A model generated the notes under the pieces. That model made no database searches and was not told where the DNA came from. It was given only the letters and a program-made list of their open reading frames with translations. Shown here piece by piece: positions 1 through 13,366 of a stretch of 64,000 nt of DNA. This DNA is from Klebsormidium nitens (Eukaryota; Plantae; Klebsormidiophyceae). The DNA is taken from the NCBI GenBank assembly GCA_000708835.1, contig DF237015.1, forward strand, positions 1 through 64,000, read 5' to 3'. The first letter of the stretch is position 1. Each line of letters opens with the position of its first letter. Position numbers and translations under genes: made by a program.

Positions 1-663
1 AACAATCGAGTTTACGCAATAAAACAGGGCGTGAGGACCTTAGGAGGGTAGCCCGACATTTTCCCCTTTGCCAAGCAGTCACCTCCTGAGCTTGCAGCAT
101 ACTCTCGCTTGGTCTATCTTGGCTAACAGCACGGAATATATGAGATTTCATTGGAAGCTTATTAACTTGAAATCCCACCAGGTTTATTGTTATGATACAC
201 GTATTCAATTGTTTGTTTAAGCGATCCTGCGAAAGAGGTACCTTTACTTGTAAACAGATTTCTACCGCGCTTATCTGGGTACTGGCCTCCAATTACTATC
301 CGAATCTGATCTGTCCCATATGAGGTACATGCATGGACGGTCTTGGAAGAGCACGGCGCATGCATACATAGACACCCTGTACAGAACCCTACTAGCATGC
401 TAAGCAGCGCTGGACGCAGACCATTTGATGGCTGGCCCCCCTCTCAATCTGCATAGCGCATATATAACCTACAAGACGAATGGTGCAGCGACTCCCCAGA
501 ACCGAGTTCGCCTATTCCGCTAGATTCAGGTACGTGACAAATTTCAAAGAGACACTGGTGCACGCATTATCCTCCGAGTCTGCTGTGTCCAAAAACAGAT
601 GACATATTGTTGTGAACAAAGAACGGATCTATCCAGGAGGCACGAGGAGTCTGCCCGATTCCA

Positions 664-3600
664 TCATGGTTGTGGCTCGGATAAGCCCCGCTCGCCTTCT
701 CGCTCCTTTTTCTCGACGAGCTGCGCTGCGTGATGGAGAATGTCTTCAAGCAACAAGCCGTATTCAGCGGAGCCCTGCACACGCGAATGGCAAAACTTCT
801 ATCACGCCCGAGCCAGTCAACCGAAACATGAGTGAAATTGGGATTGAAGCAACGTCTTTGGTGAGCTATTGCTTCGCCTCGAATACTACATCTCTCGAAA
901 GAAACTTGGTAAAACTCATAGGCACTGACTGCAAGGCATTCCGACTAACTGGAAGGAAAGAAATCAACTTCTAAAGGATTGACGCAAAAAAGTCTCTGAT
1001 CGGTGAGTCTCGCGGCGCTTCTGTTTATGGTAGAATTTCCGGTCGAGAAATCCAAAGTAATCTAAAACTGACGACTACAGCCTGAAGCTCCTTGCTCTAA
1101 AACCCCTTTCCTTCTCCACCCATTTTTTGTGCGGCCCAAGTTCATCCCCTTTTGCCACAAAATTATCTTCAAGGTTTCAAACCTTGCGAAACGCCCGACT
1201 CACCATGACGGTGGTGTGACACGTCAGCGTGACCTCCGGCAGAAGAACCGCGTTGGCCGGACTCCCCAGGCTGGATAGGTACACTTTGGGCGCCTCCTTG
1301 CCAACTGCCACCTCGGGCCGGTTCCGCAGGTACTCGCGCAGCTCCGCCGTCAGCTCGGGTGCCCGGTCGACCAGCCCGGGCGGAAGCGGAATCTTTGCGG
1401 ACAGGAGGCGGCCCTCGGTGCGTGACCGGTTAGTGATCACCTGGGCAAAGAAGCGGTCCGGAACATAAGGGCGGGATATGACCATGTGAAGAGCAATCTG
1501 GTAGGTCGACTGGTAGGTCGACACCTGGGTTTCGCCTCCACATGTTGAAAATTTTAATTAGGCGAAACCGAGCTCAATGGTGGCCGTGCGTTCTTGTTGG
1601 TGTAACCAAGCTAACAGCGTTGGCAGTTACCTGGGGATGAGATGCTTTGTGCTCTACGAAAGGCGGGCAATTGAGCAAAGCGGATCTTCGGAACGCCAAC
1701 GACATCTCCTCCCAACCCTTCCCCGCGCCAAACCTCCATGATCATAAACGCCAGACTCCTGATCTAACAAAGCTCGACGACTCGCTTTAACCTCGAGCTC
1801 GACAGAAGCCTGTTCGCGAAGCCACCCATGCCACCCACCAGTTCAACAACTGTGATCTTCCATTGTCCACTAGATACTCGGCTACACTATAACTGGCCGC
1901 TGAATGAAGCGCGGGTGCTATCAACATCGAGGGGTTTGAATGCGGCACCCTTCGACGCCAGAAAGTTGCTTATGTTACATTTGATACTTTCTGCAGACCT
2001 GAGGTCACCTGCTGACCATACCAACCATTGCCCCCTGATGACTCGTATGAAGTTTGCGACAGGGCACATGAAATCTTTATTGTTCGCCTAATCAGATGCC
2101 AGCACGGTACTTCAAGCTTCCTGATCCACAGACTTGGGCGTTTGTCTCACCTGGTTCGAGAAAAAGGAGTTGGGAACCACCACGGCGTGCTTATCTTGGT
2201 CAACCAGGTGCGTCGAGTGCAGCCCAATGTCGACGACAGTACCCTCGAGCGAGCCCGCCTGTAAAGAAAACATTCATCATAAGATTAAGAGATTTCAGGT
2301 TTCGGTGCCCGGTGTCTGACGCCCCTGGTACAGTTACCACACTTCGTCGCACGTCGGAACAACGAAGTGAGACCGCCTTTAAGCGCGCCCCAGCTTATCC
2401 CCTCCTAAGCGAGTAGAGTCGATAACGTGTAAGTTCTTGAACCTACACGTCCATTCTCAAGGGCAACAATTGCCCTGAACCGGGCTTGAAACATGACAAC
2501 AGAGCTCGTCGAAGAAATTCCAATAAAGACCAAATGCTGTTTTTAGACTGTCCTCAAAGGTAGACGAATGGCTCGGAGGCCATTCTCCGGGCGAAGACCG
2601 AGATTTGTTGTAGGGGCAGTCGGTCAAATCTCGATTTGTAGTGCTACGATGATGCATACCTTGATGTTGTCTCCGATGGAGAACGGTGTGTACAGGTACA
2701 GGGCGGCCCCGTTCAGGAAGTTGCCCAGGATGTCGCGCGCAGCAAAAGCGGTTGCCACGCCTGCAGGGGAGTGCACCGAAGCGCTGCTAAAAGCTGAGCA
2801 TATACATGCTCATCATGGTCAATCTGTCAAACTCTGGATTGTATGCCAAGCGGGGATGGAGAGGCTGTCAATCTCTGAACTAGCTGACCTTGACAATAAG
2901 AGACTCCCAATTGTGGCGCCGATGACCAGTGTGTCCTGTCAAAGCTTGGCTAGATAAGTAGAAGAGAGAAGGCGCATCTCGGCTCAAAACCTCTTGTTCC
3001 GAAGCACTATTGCTCACAATACTACAGCAAAAAGGATTGTCCTGATTAAAGTGAGCCCTGTAATTGTCACAGATATTACGACCTACCCCCAATTCCGCCG
3101 ACTGTCAGGATGGATTGCACCGCTACCCCTGTTGTTTCCGCGACGGCCATGCTCCCGAGAACGACCAGCGCCACCGTCGACAGCCTTTCCGCAGCTACAT
3201 AGCGATCCTGGACGGAGCGAGCGGGCACGTGTCACAAAAGTTCAGGTTCCAAAGAGCTTCGCAAAATTCTCCTTCAACTTGAGCTCTTGCCTGAGATCCG
3301 TCGTTTAGAGTATCAAAAAAATTCTGGCGGTAGTGATCCTGGGCGGAGCGAACGAGCAAGTGTTACAAAAGGTTGCATTCAAAAAGAGCTTCGCAGGACT
3401 CTTCTTTGAGTTGCGCACTTCCGCTCGATCCGTCGTCTATGGTATCAGTGACGTCTCTGGCGGATCAAGCGCAGCACACGTAATCTGGTTTACGGATGGC
3501 CATTAACATTTGCCGAGATTGGGTCTGACGAGCCCTTTCGTTTAAAAGAGAGTCCAAGATGACGACTGCCAACCTCGAGAAGGGCGACATCGACAGATTC

Positions 3601-6493
3601 GAGGATAAGGATACAAGGTGCGGTAGGAAGGAGAATGCTTGAACAGTGGTCGGTGAGACTTGATATGACGATCAAATCTTGATCGACGGAACTAACTCGT
3701 GTGTGTCCATGGTTTGCCATCGTAGTCTCGAATGCTCGGAGCATGGTTCTGATCTTGAACCACACAATGGGCGACAGAAAGACATCAGTGACCCAGAAAT
3801 GTAGAACACATCTCGACAAATCTAACTGGGATTCCATGTTCGCCGTACTTGTCGATCCAGATCAGCCTGCTTAAGAAAAGGGTCTCAAAAAACAAACCTG
3901 TACTCACAAAAAACAAAAATTGGTGACCGAGCAAGGTCTACGATCCTCAAACTGCAATGGAGTCCACCCCGAAATTCGTGAACAGCCCTCAGACAAGCAG
4001 TTCCAGGTATAGAGCGAAAACGAAACAAAACCTTCGGTGAGGGCTTAGGCAATTGCATTTCCAGCAGTTCCGGACAAGACAACGGAGATCGAATGTGGCT
4101 GACCTTCTCAGCTCTGCTGAGCGCTGGGTTCGTCTTTGCGCGTGAAAACCACGTGTTCTTATAGCGGTACAGGAACCAGAGCCACGAGCCCACTACAGCG
4201 CCCCGCCAGGCAATGTGTAGGTACTCGGGAGGCAGAGCGTGAGGCGCCACAAGCCCAATGCTGCATATAGTCAACTCTTACATCAGGGTTCGCTTGTGCT
4301 GTTTGTAACGGAGGCTGACGCTCGATCTACTTCTAGTAGGAAGACAAACGCTCGGAAAGAGGCTACCTTTTCGGGGTTTTGATTCGAGCGAGTATGTGCC
4401 CAAGAGGAAGAATACGCAAGTTGTCAATGAAGCCTTCTACAGCCTCGAACAGGGGCCGGCAAGCCTTACTCGAAAGGAGAAGACTTGGGAAGAAACGACT
4501 GACTATGGAAGGGGGGATGGCGCAGTTTGGAGCACGATGAAGCTGAAAACGTTGCTGGCGCAGTTGCGTCTGTGTCAGCTGGTTTTACAGGGCAGTGCAT
4601 CTCCTCGGACAAGAGAACACGGACCAGGATCTCCAGTCGCTCGTCAAGGGAGACCCGATTCCACCTTGGACAATTTACGAAGTGGCAACAGACGGGTCAC
4701 TAGACCTTGCAATCCAATTTCTAGGAGCATACCCACGAGCATGAAGGGTCAGAAGCCCTTGAAGATCGCACAAATCGTTTAATCCTGACGCAACAGAGAG
4801 CCACTCACTCCCACTCACAGGTGTGCCAGTGCCCCCACTGTCACAAGCAGCCTCGCCGGCTCCTCGGCGGCAGCCCATATGCTCTGCTCATAAGGGACGG
4901 GGGCTGGCTCCATAAGCAAGGCTGGTCCCTGGCCGGACTGCTCAGAAGTTTCCTCGCTTTTGAACCGTTTGGTTTGGAGGGTGCGGGATTGTGTATAGTC
5001 GTGCAGTCTGCGGAACCAGCGCGGCATCTTGAACCAGGTGAAGATGACGGCAGTCAGGAGGCCGAGCTCCTGGGCTGCCACCTGGCAGCAGGGATGCAGG
5101 GTCAGAGTTAAGGGGTTAAGATTCGACCATGTCGATCAAGAATTGACACTGGCATGCCATAATAAGGATTGCACATTTGAGTCTGAGGGACTCAGACATG
5201 TGTCCTGGACGTATCATGTCTATGCCCACAGAACTTTGTAGGGACACATTGTTCAAAGAGCTTGAGAGATGCAAGTTATGTGAAGTCAATCCGGCAAACC
5301 CAGCATGGAGTCATGGCTTCCTACAGGAATGGTTAGATGCGGGCACACCCTCCGGGGTTCAGCTTCTCTCTTTGGCTGGAAACTTTTGACTTTTCACTCA
5401 AAGATACCCATTTGAGATACCCCATGGATCGTGCAATCTGATGTTCTCTGCCGATTGGCTCACAGGTTTGCTTTTGACCTTGAGTGAGAGCCAGTGCAGA
5501 ACTGAATACGCTCTCCCACTTACCACAAATACAGGGGTTTTAGGATTGAGGACCTCATGCACGGAGGGGGGTAGAGATGCCCAGGCAGTCTCCACCCCCT
5601 GCCGGCCCTTCTCCAGTCCCTCTTTGACAGTGTCTACGAAGGAAGAAGCTCCAGACACGTCATCAGAGGCCGCACTTGGTTGAGGAGCGCTAGGCGGATC
5701 AAGAGCTTCCCCGCTTGTCGCACTGCTTGCGAAAGTCCGGAGGGCACATGCTTGGCCTAGAGCGAGGGCGCCAAACGAGCTCCCATGTCTGGGGGAGTGC
5801 AGAAGAAAGGATGCACGGTGGGGGAATTGAACAAATGGAAACTGCAGAGGAAAGTTAGGTGGTCAAAAAGGAGACAACCAGGTCGTGACGAGGGGGACCA
5901 TCAGGTCTGTCCACATCTAAGGAATAGTATGCTCTTTGTGAAGGATGTTTGCTGGTTTGCTGGCGAATATAGTGGGGTAGACAACATCTCCATCGTTGAA
6001 CAAAATGTTTCAGAAGGCAATGTGATCGAGTACAAATCTGTGACAGAGGGACAAGTAAAAGCCCTCAAGGAACTGCAGATGCCTGACAAAGTGACACCGT
6101 GAAGCAAGGTGTATACAGGTGGAGGCAACTATAACGAATGTTCTGCAAGGCCCTTGACGCTGTTCTCAACATCACAACGTCAGAAATCTAAGCGGCCCTC
6201 CGTCAGAATCCCCACAGAAACTTCTAATCAAGCCAAACATCACTTTCTAAGATATAAGCAGAGAGACAAGTGCAAGGAGTAAATTTCACGTGACACCATC
6301 TGCTCACACGATCATAAGAGCTGCCTGTCTCTGATGGTCGAAGCGCGTCCGGTTTTAATGTTGCACGGGCGTCTTTGAACAGTGCAGTAACATAAGGAGC
6401 GGTTCTTGCAAAAAGCTGGCTTGGAGGCAATTCCAGACGCAGACGCTTGGAGGCAGGTGCGGCCTGGGAAAGTGCCAGCCTTAACAAAGCCAT
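664..6493 (-). CDS. MSL1: MscS-like mechanosensitive channel, MSL1 (mitochondrial-type) family; 9 exons
   Basis: Phase-consistent GT-AG model: 6308-6493, 5479-5841, 4819-5081, 4104-4260, 3087-3207, 2660-2760, 2151-2258, 1204-1440, 664-774. Motifs: PYEQSIWAAAEEPARLLVT, AVVGSWLWFLYRYK, GVAVQSILTVGGIGGVATAFAARDILGNFLNG, AGSLEGTVVDIGLHST, VVVPNSFFSNQVITNRSR, GKEAPKVYLS. These match the recalled plant MSL1 pore and C-terminal motifs. The N-terminus MALLRLALSQAAPASKRL resembles a transit peptide. Confidence 0.92.
3204..3447. repeat. Degenerate tandem duplication (~131-bp period) of an MSL1 3' splice-site region
   Basis: 3204 gatcctggacggagcgagcgggcacgtgtcacaaaag...gatccgtcgtttagagtatca versus 3335 gatcctgggcggagcgaacgagcaagtgttacaaaag...gatccgtcgtctatggtatca. 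Confidence 0.9.
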
Positions 6494-7179
6494 TTTTGGA
6501 GCTGCAGCTTTTAATTCATTTAGTCAGGCTCCACGGCGCCCCTGACATTAAATTGTGTCGCGAGGCTGGCAATCCGCACTGTCAAGAGCCTCGCACCTGC
6601 CACTATGTTCAATTCTGCATCTTGGTGAGTCTGTTGGTATGCTACGTCCTGTTGTGTTTGTAGAGTACACAAACAGATGTGATCGTCGTCTCTAAGTTGC
6701 ACCATTCCACCAGAAATTGTGATTCTCCTCAAAAGAAGCGCAATGGGGCGCTTCTGCACCCATTGGTTTAACTTTTATGCACATGCATGTATGTGCTGTT
6801 CAACAGCAGCTGGAGCTGAGCACAAATGAGCATAAATCGGAATTCCCCACATGGTCGTTTCAACGCAGAACATACCAAGGAATATAAGCTCGTTTTGCAG
6901 CAGAGATTCTGCGAATATACAAGTTCTACGGTGCACACCTGCCTGTTTGCCGCCGGCCGTGCGCATTGGGCCCCCATTTGAAGGGTTTGACTTTGGCCAA
7001 ATTGCATAATTTATTACAAGACCTGCTTAGGAGCGTCTATATCCAAGCAAAAATAAGGAGAATTTGTCAAGGCTGGTGAAGTTTTTTAGGTAATCTGGTC
7101 AGGAATCAGGAAACCTCGATTGAAGGCTGTTCAAACAGAGGGCCACATCAAATGATCAAGGGCATGAACGCTGAGCTGC

Positions 7180-10100
7180 ATGGGGCATCTGATGGCTGCT
7201 CACGAGTTGGCCCTCAAGCTAGAAAAGCTGGGGCTGTGGGAGAAGTATCTGGGTGAGGAGAAGCGAAGAGTGATGCTGAAATACTTGAGCAATCGGACTT
7301 CTTGGGAGCAGTTTTTGAGTGGCACTGGTGTAGGCGCTTCTTTGACTGAAGAGCATAGGCGAGCGGAGTTTGAGCTAGGTATGCAAGTCAGGTGCCTGCT
7401 CTATGGAGAGATGGCGGTCGCGCTCTACTCCGCAGATTGTGCAGGTAAGCTTTCAGCCAGTGTGTCCTGCAGACAAAAAGCGGCTTCATCCTAGCTTTGA
7501 CATAAGCCTGCATTAGAGAAGAAATAGACTCTTGCATGTTAGTGCAATAGAGCTGACCGGACTTTGTAATGCTTCAGGATCTTCCTGACTTCAATGCATT
7601 CCAGCATTGGGACTTAATGCTGGTGCAATAGAGCTGAATTTCTTCCTACCATATTCAACTTTTGATGCATTTTAACTTTGGGACTGGAGTAACGCACTAG
7701 TTCCTTGGGCTGCGTTCTACTTTGCAGCCCCTGACTGGTGGTGCGGAAGGCTCAGCAAATTTTGACTCTCTTGAAGTGGATTAGAGATTTTACCCCCTCA
7801 GTTTAAGCTGCTGTGCCCTGCTTGGTGCCAAGTGAACCTCGCCACTTCTTTGACAGGCAGCAGCCTGCGACCAGACAGCGTGTACCACACCCTCGATCAT
7901 TCAGTGGACGATTGGCAGCGCCTGAGCGATGAAGGCTCCATTGAGCTGGCCAGTTTACGACATAAGGTGAGTCTCAATCTGGTCACATTGACCCCCTTAA
8001 TATCCGGAGTTTCCTGGCTCCTCGTCAAGCTTTGAATTGGCCGCCTCGCTTGAGCAACCAGGCCAGATTGACTCAGGCGCCGCAGAGTTTGAACTTCAAA
8101 ACGAAAGGGACGGCCTGCATCAAGGTTTTCAGTTTGAATCTGGAGCCTCGTCTTTTGTGAAAGGAGGAAAGGTTTGATTGATAGCCGCTTACAACTGTCG
8201 CACAGGCTTTTGCGAGAAAATTGTGAAGGGGACCCGGTGTTTTGTAGACCCTGTGTCACAATTACATACAGCAGTCTCAATCGACCATTGACCCCAAGGC
8301 ATGTGTGATCGCACAGTGCACTGTGCTGGGCTCTTGGAGGTTACTTGGAAAAGTCGTCCAGAAAAGTAGCCTCACTGCATAACTCTGCGGATCAACAAGG
8401 CCAGTGCCCCTTTGTGCAGTTCGGTCTGGATCTCGACGAGGCCCAACCATCAAGCAGGTGAGCGCCCTCCTCTTCATATGTTCGTTTTGAAAGCTCATCT
8501 TGCTTCTAAACGCCCCAGGCCGTGTTTCTCTGTGCAGTGTCACGCAGACTCTCCTCTTCCTTCATTCGAAATTCTTTTGATATGACATGTGTTAATTCCT
8601 TCTGGATGGAAGGAGGTTACTGTGTAGTGGCTGACTCCCAGACCCTGACTGCAGGCCCGGGGCTGACGGGGACGATGGATGCGGAGAGCGGCAGAAGCCC
8701 CGGTTGAAGGCCAGCCGAGAGATCATGAGCCTCATGCCAGACGTCAAGCCAGTGAGCTGTTTCTTCTGTTTTTCATAAGGTGAACTGGGGTGACAGGTGC
8801 TGCAGGTCGTCAGCATCCCCGGTTCAACGACCTGGCATTTTCAGGTCTCGTAATCAGAAAATGATGTGGCAAGGACGTGAAGTAGTTAGTTTGCAGACAT
8901 TTCAGGCATTCGCTCCTAACGTGACTCTGCCGCATCATATATTTCACTTCTGTGTGGTTTCCAAGGTCAACCTGTAAAAATGACAGCTTCAGCATCAGCA
9001 CTGCATTTGCAACACTTCTCCGCCAGGACTAATCATGATCTTGCCTGCAGGGCAAAAAGGACCTTTTGGAGGACAGGCAGAACGAGCTCAACGACGCACT
9101 CGAGCACGTTCTGACGGAGCTCAAGAACATGGGGGTGCGTCGCACACTCTTGGCCATTCGTCTCCTCTTTGTCGCAATATATCCATTGGGTCACTGGCCG
9201 TGCTGCATACAAGGAGAGTCATCAGGTCTCTAGTCGACAATGCTCTTTCCTGCACACCAGTCCTTCAATTTGACCATGGTCATTTCCTGTCGAGAATTGA
9301 CGCCATTGGCGCCTGGACCAAGATACGACCGTATCAGAACATTTTTGAGGCGCCTTCTTTGCATTGCGATTGATCACTCTCTCACACAAAATTGGGACGT
9401 CGAATGCAGGAGGCATCTAAGCCATTCCAGTGTAGAGTTAAGAAGTCGGAGGCGTGGGACTACTACACAGGTGATTTTCAAAGACACCAGTCCTTCCCAT
9501 TAGTTCCCAGTTCGCTTTGACAGTAGCTGCCGTCCGTTATGTGGACTTTGTCCTGGAGTCTCTGCACTCTGCTTCCTCTTGTCCGATCCTGGCCGAGATC
9601 TGAGCATGCTACGATTGTCGTTGTGCAGTCATCCAGAGGCCCATGGACCTAGGGACGATGACGAAGAAACTTCGGGCGTACAAGTAAGGGCACCTTCCAC
9701 TCACCCTTCAGACCCTTTACGTTCGGGCCCCCCCATGGAGATCTGTCTCGTCTTTAAGATTCGTGTATCGTCCTCCGGCACTGCACAGCTTTCTTTGTTG
9801 CAGGACAGATTTTGAAGAATTAACCTCGCGGGGTCTTTTGCCTTGTTCAATACCCGGACTCTCCTGCAGGTACCCCTCAAAGGTCAGCTTCCGGGAGGAC
9901 ATCGATCTGATCGCGTCGAACTGTCACGAATACAACGAGAAGGTACGTTTCGCCTAGTCTCAAAGAAGGTAAAGAATCTCAGAAGGAGGTAAAGAATCTC
10001 ATCAATAGTTGGCCGCGTTGGCTGTTCGATTCTCTGGACGTCCGTTAGCTGATGCCACCATTCTCATCCGCCCCTAAAAGCAATTCGGCCTCGGCGCTCT

Positions 10101-13100
10101 CTCTTTTCAACCAATCACACTCTTCCTAAAGACCGCTCAACTCTTGGAAGGTCGAACTATTTTGTGCTTCATTCAGGACTCGCTGTACGTGCAATACGTG
10201 GACGAGTTGCAAGCCAAAGCGTACGCCCTCCTCGTAGACGTCCCCGACATCGACGTCCTGGCCCTCAAGTCCGCCTCCGGGCCCGAGGCCGGAACCGGAA
10301 AGCCGCACCCCTCGCCAGTACGCGCGAGCGCGCCCTCCGAGCCGTCGAGCCCGGACAGCAACTCGGAAGACGAGGCGATCGCGAAGTCGCGGCCAGGGTT
10401 TGGGGGTTTCGGGCGGCACCAGCCGGGGAAGAAGATGCGCGGGAAGGCGGGGTCGATCGGGAAACGGCTGCTGAAGGACATGGGCGGCGGGAATGCGCCT
10501 GGGGAGGGGGAGGCGGAGGCTGCGGGGCCGGTTCACACCGACGGGAAGAGTTTGGCACCGCCCGGCGGACCGGCGGACCCGGGCCCTGTGGCAGCGGAGG
10601 ATGGTCGTGCTGGAGGTCTGCCCGACAGTCTGGCGGGAGGCGCAACAGGGCCCGAAGCGAATGACGACCCCGGGATGCATGTTCGTCACTCGCCGACAGG
10701 TTCTGAGTTGCTTGAAAAGTCCTCAGCGCAAGGGGCGACGATCAGACTGGGGAACGAAGAGGTGGGGATCAGGGATGTTCCCGTCAAAGACGCGTTTTCC
10801 AGAGACGTAAGCGCGTCTCCTAGAGTGTCCCCAACCTCGTTATCCCAACCAGGAACCCAACTAGATGGCGACAAAAGAGACAACGGGCAAGGAGCGGGCG
10901 AGAGCACCGCTGGACGGGAGGATGACGTGGCCGAGGCGCGGTGGCCCTACGGGGAGTGGCTACAGGCGACTCTGATGCAGCGAATGGAGCACCTCGCCGC
11001 GCGGGCGGCGGCTCGGCACGTTCCGTTTCCGGAGCAGCCGGTGCTCCAGCGGACGCCGGAGGGCATGGCGCGATACCTTGAGGAAGCCGCCCGGCGAGGG
11101 TCCGTGGTTTCCCACGCAACGCGGGCTGGGTCTGCGGAGCAGATGGAACCCCCGGGACCCGCGGAGGGCGCGGGGGTAACAGGACTGAGCGACGAACCTT
11201 TCATGCCGGAGCTCGAGTTTGCGACGGATTGCGTCCCGGACGTGGCAGCCGTTCCGGGACCGTCCGTCGAAGCGGCCCCGTCCGAAGCCGCCCGCGAACG
11301 AGAACCGGTACCCGAGCGGCCCGCGAAGCGGCCGAAGCCGGACACCGTTTCCGCGCCCAGCTGGACGGACGAGCGCGCGCGCGCGGCGCTGCGGCAGGCG
11401 GCCGCGCGGCTCGCGGCGCGGGAGGGGTTCGACGGGATCCGGCGCGGCGCGCTGGAGGTGCTGACGGACCTGCTCGGGGCGCACGTCCGGCGGCTCGGGC
11501 GGACGCTCCGGCTGCTGGAGGAGCGGTACGAGGGGCGCAGCCCGGAGGCGCTGCTCGCGATGTGCCTCAACGGGTTTGGGGTCAGGTGGGGGCACTGCAA
11601 CGCAGTCAACACCCTTCTTGTAGAAGTCAGTTTCTTCGACGGTTTGCTTCGTCTGCATTGATAGCGTTCCTGTCATACTTACTAACGTACTCGCTTCCGT
11701 GGCTCGGGCATAAGTTGGGAGGCATACGGTTTAGGTAGGGCCCGTGACGCACCCAACTCCTTTGACGGACCTTTTACCTTTTACTGTAGGGCCCACTGTT
11801 ATTGAGTTAATCCGGCCCTGCCCCATATCACCTGAGCTCCTCCAGCCTTCTTATCCATAATTCTACGCAAACAAGATACATTCACCTGGCAACCGTAAGC
11901 ACGCTTCAAGTTGGCGAAGCTAACAGTCTCCCGTTGTTCAGGAACATCGCGGAGCTGGCAGCGTACACCAAACCCAAAGAACCGTCCGCAGCGCCCGGCC
12001 CAGGCCCGAGTGCCGGCGCAACTAAAGAAGCGCCTCCCAAGCCAGTCAGCGTGCAGCCTGTCAAGGCCTCCAAGCCGGAACCGAAAGCGCCCGCGCCCAT
12101 CCTGCCCGTGCGACCCCCATCTTCCACACCGTGAGTGTGCGAAACTTCTAAAGTGTCGCAAATTCGACGTTCTTCAGTTCCAAAAGTTCCTGAACTTCAA
12201 GGTCAAAGCTACTACATCAGAGAATCGAAGGTTTCAAGGACGTTGGGCCGACACGAAAGCTGGTGCACGTGACTGTCGGCAAATGTGTTGCGCGCCCTAC
12301 GTTTGTTGGCTCACCGAAATGCTTAAGTCTGAACCCGTAGCAAGCTGTTGAAATGCCAAGTTGGAGAACCTGTGCTTTAACAACGGTCTGAACCGCGGGG
12401 TGTGCTAGCTTCATCACCATCTCTCCACGTCACCATCGATTCGTGCCCTCGTATCCCGTGCGCAAGCAGGCAGTGTTTGTACGCCCGTCCCAGCTCCGTT
12501 TCTGATCTGTCCCTCTTGGAAGTTGCATTCTGATATCTCCGCTGATTCTGTTCCTTTCCAGGCAATTCCCGAGTGTGCCAGTTTTCAAGGGCAACCTCCC
12601 GAAAGTGGAGACCGACCCGGAAATGTCGTCCAGCCCCTCGCTAGAGCCCGAGAAGAAGAAGGTGAGCGAGCGCTGTGGTGAAGATCTTGTCGCGAGTCTA
12701 GTTTGTCCGCCGACCTTGTTGCTAACCGGTACAGCCTCGGCCGGACTAACCAACGTTACCTTGGAGTCTGCTCCGCTCTTCAAGGACGTAACCGCCGCAT
12801 GCTTCGCTGTTTGAACCCTAGCTTGTTTCTTTTATAGTACGGGTTGGTCTCGGAAACTTGTCAAAACAAGTGGTTCGTAGGAGATGGTTCCTTCTGCTTC
12901 GTGTCTGTTTCCGGAATTTTGGGTTTCATAGACGGTTCGCAATGTGGGTCGAAAGTTGGCATTCTGCGTGCTTAGGGGGTGACAAGTGTCTCTATTCCTC
13001 CAGGCAAAACCCCGCGCCAAAAAGGCAGCACCCACCACGTCTGCTGCTCAATCCCGTTTCCCCGGGCTCAAGTCTCCGACAGTCTCCCCGCCTGCCCCGA

Positions 13101-13366
13101 CCGCCGCTCTCGGTTTACCTTCCCCTGCGATCCCCTCATATCAGCCGGTTGTCATTCCAAATACTGCCCCTCCAAGCATCCTGTACGGAGGCGCTGCTTC
13201 AGCCGGGGTACTAAGGTCCCCCAACATGGCGTATGGGGTCCCGTTTGGATTGTCGTCCAGTCAACCAGTGCGGCCTGTTGGGTCAATGGGCTTGTATACC
13301 AGCCCGTCGTTGGATGTACTTGGTCAACGGCCGTCAAAGGATCAAGCAGGCAAGAATGAAGGTTGA
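7180..13366 (+). CDS. Spt7-like SAGA subunit candidate: plant-type N-terminal domain + bromodomain + BTP histone fold
   Basis: Supported exons: 7180-7444, ~7858-7966, 9051-9134, 9410-9470, 9629-9683, 9870-9942, 10177-~11585, 11942-12130, 12561-12660, ~13002-13366; exons between 7966 and 9051 are unresolved. Spliced bromodomain: QNELNDALEHVLTELKNMG-EASKPFQCRVKKSEAWDYYT-VIQRPMDLGTMTKKLRAYK-YPSKVSFREDIDLIASNCHEYNEK-DSLYVQYVDELQAKAYALLVDVPDIDV. Histone-fold-like segment: RAALRQAAARLAAREGFDGIRRGALEVLTDLLGAHVRRLGRTLRLL. Confidence 0.8.

Noticed and set aside
1-560. Possible last exon of a plus-strand gene (ctaacag|HGIYEISLEAY*)
   Set aside because: Too short and with no recognisable motif. It cannot be supported without upstream sequence.
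10126-11738. Many long overlapping ORFs (e.g. 10960-11676 -, 10947-11612 -, 11229-11738 +)
   Set aside because: They are shadows of a very GC-rich exon of the Spt7-like gene, which depletes stop codons. Their translations are Arg/Pro/Ala-rich with no motifs.
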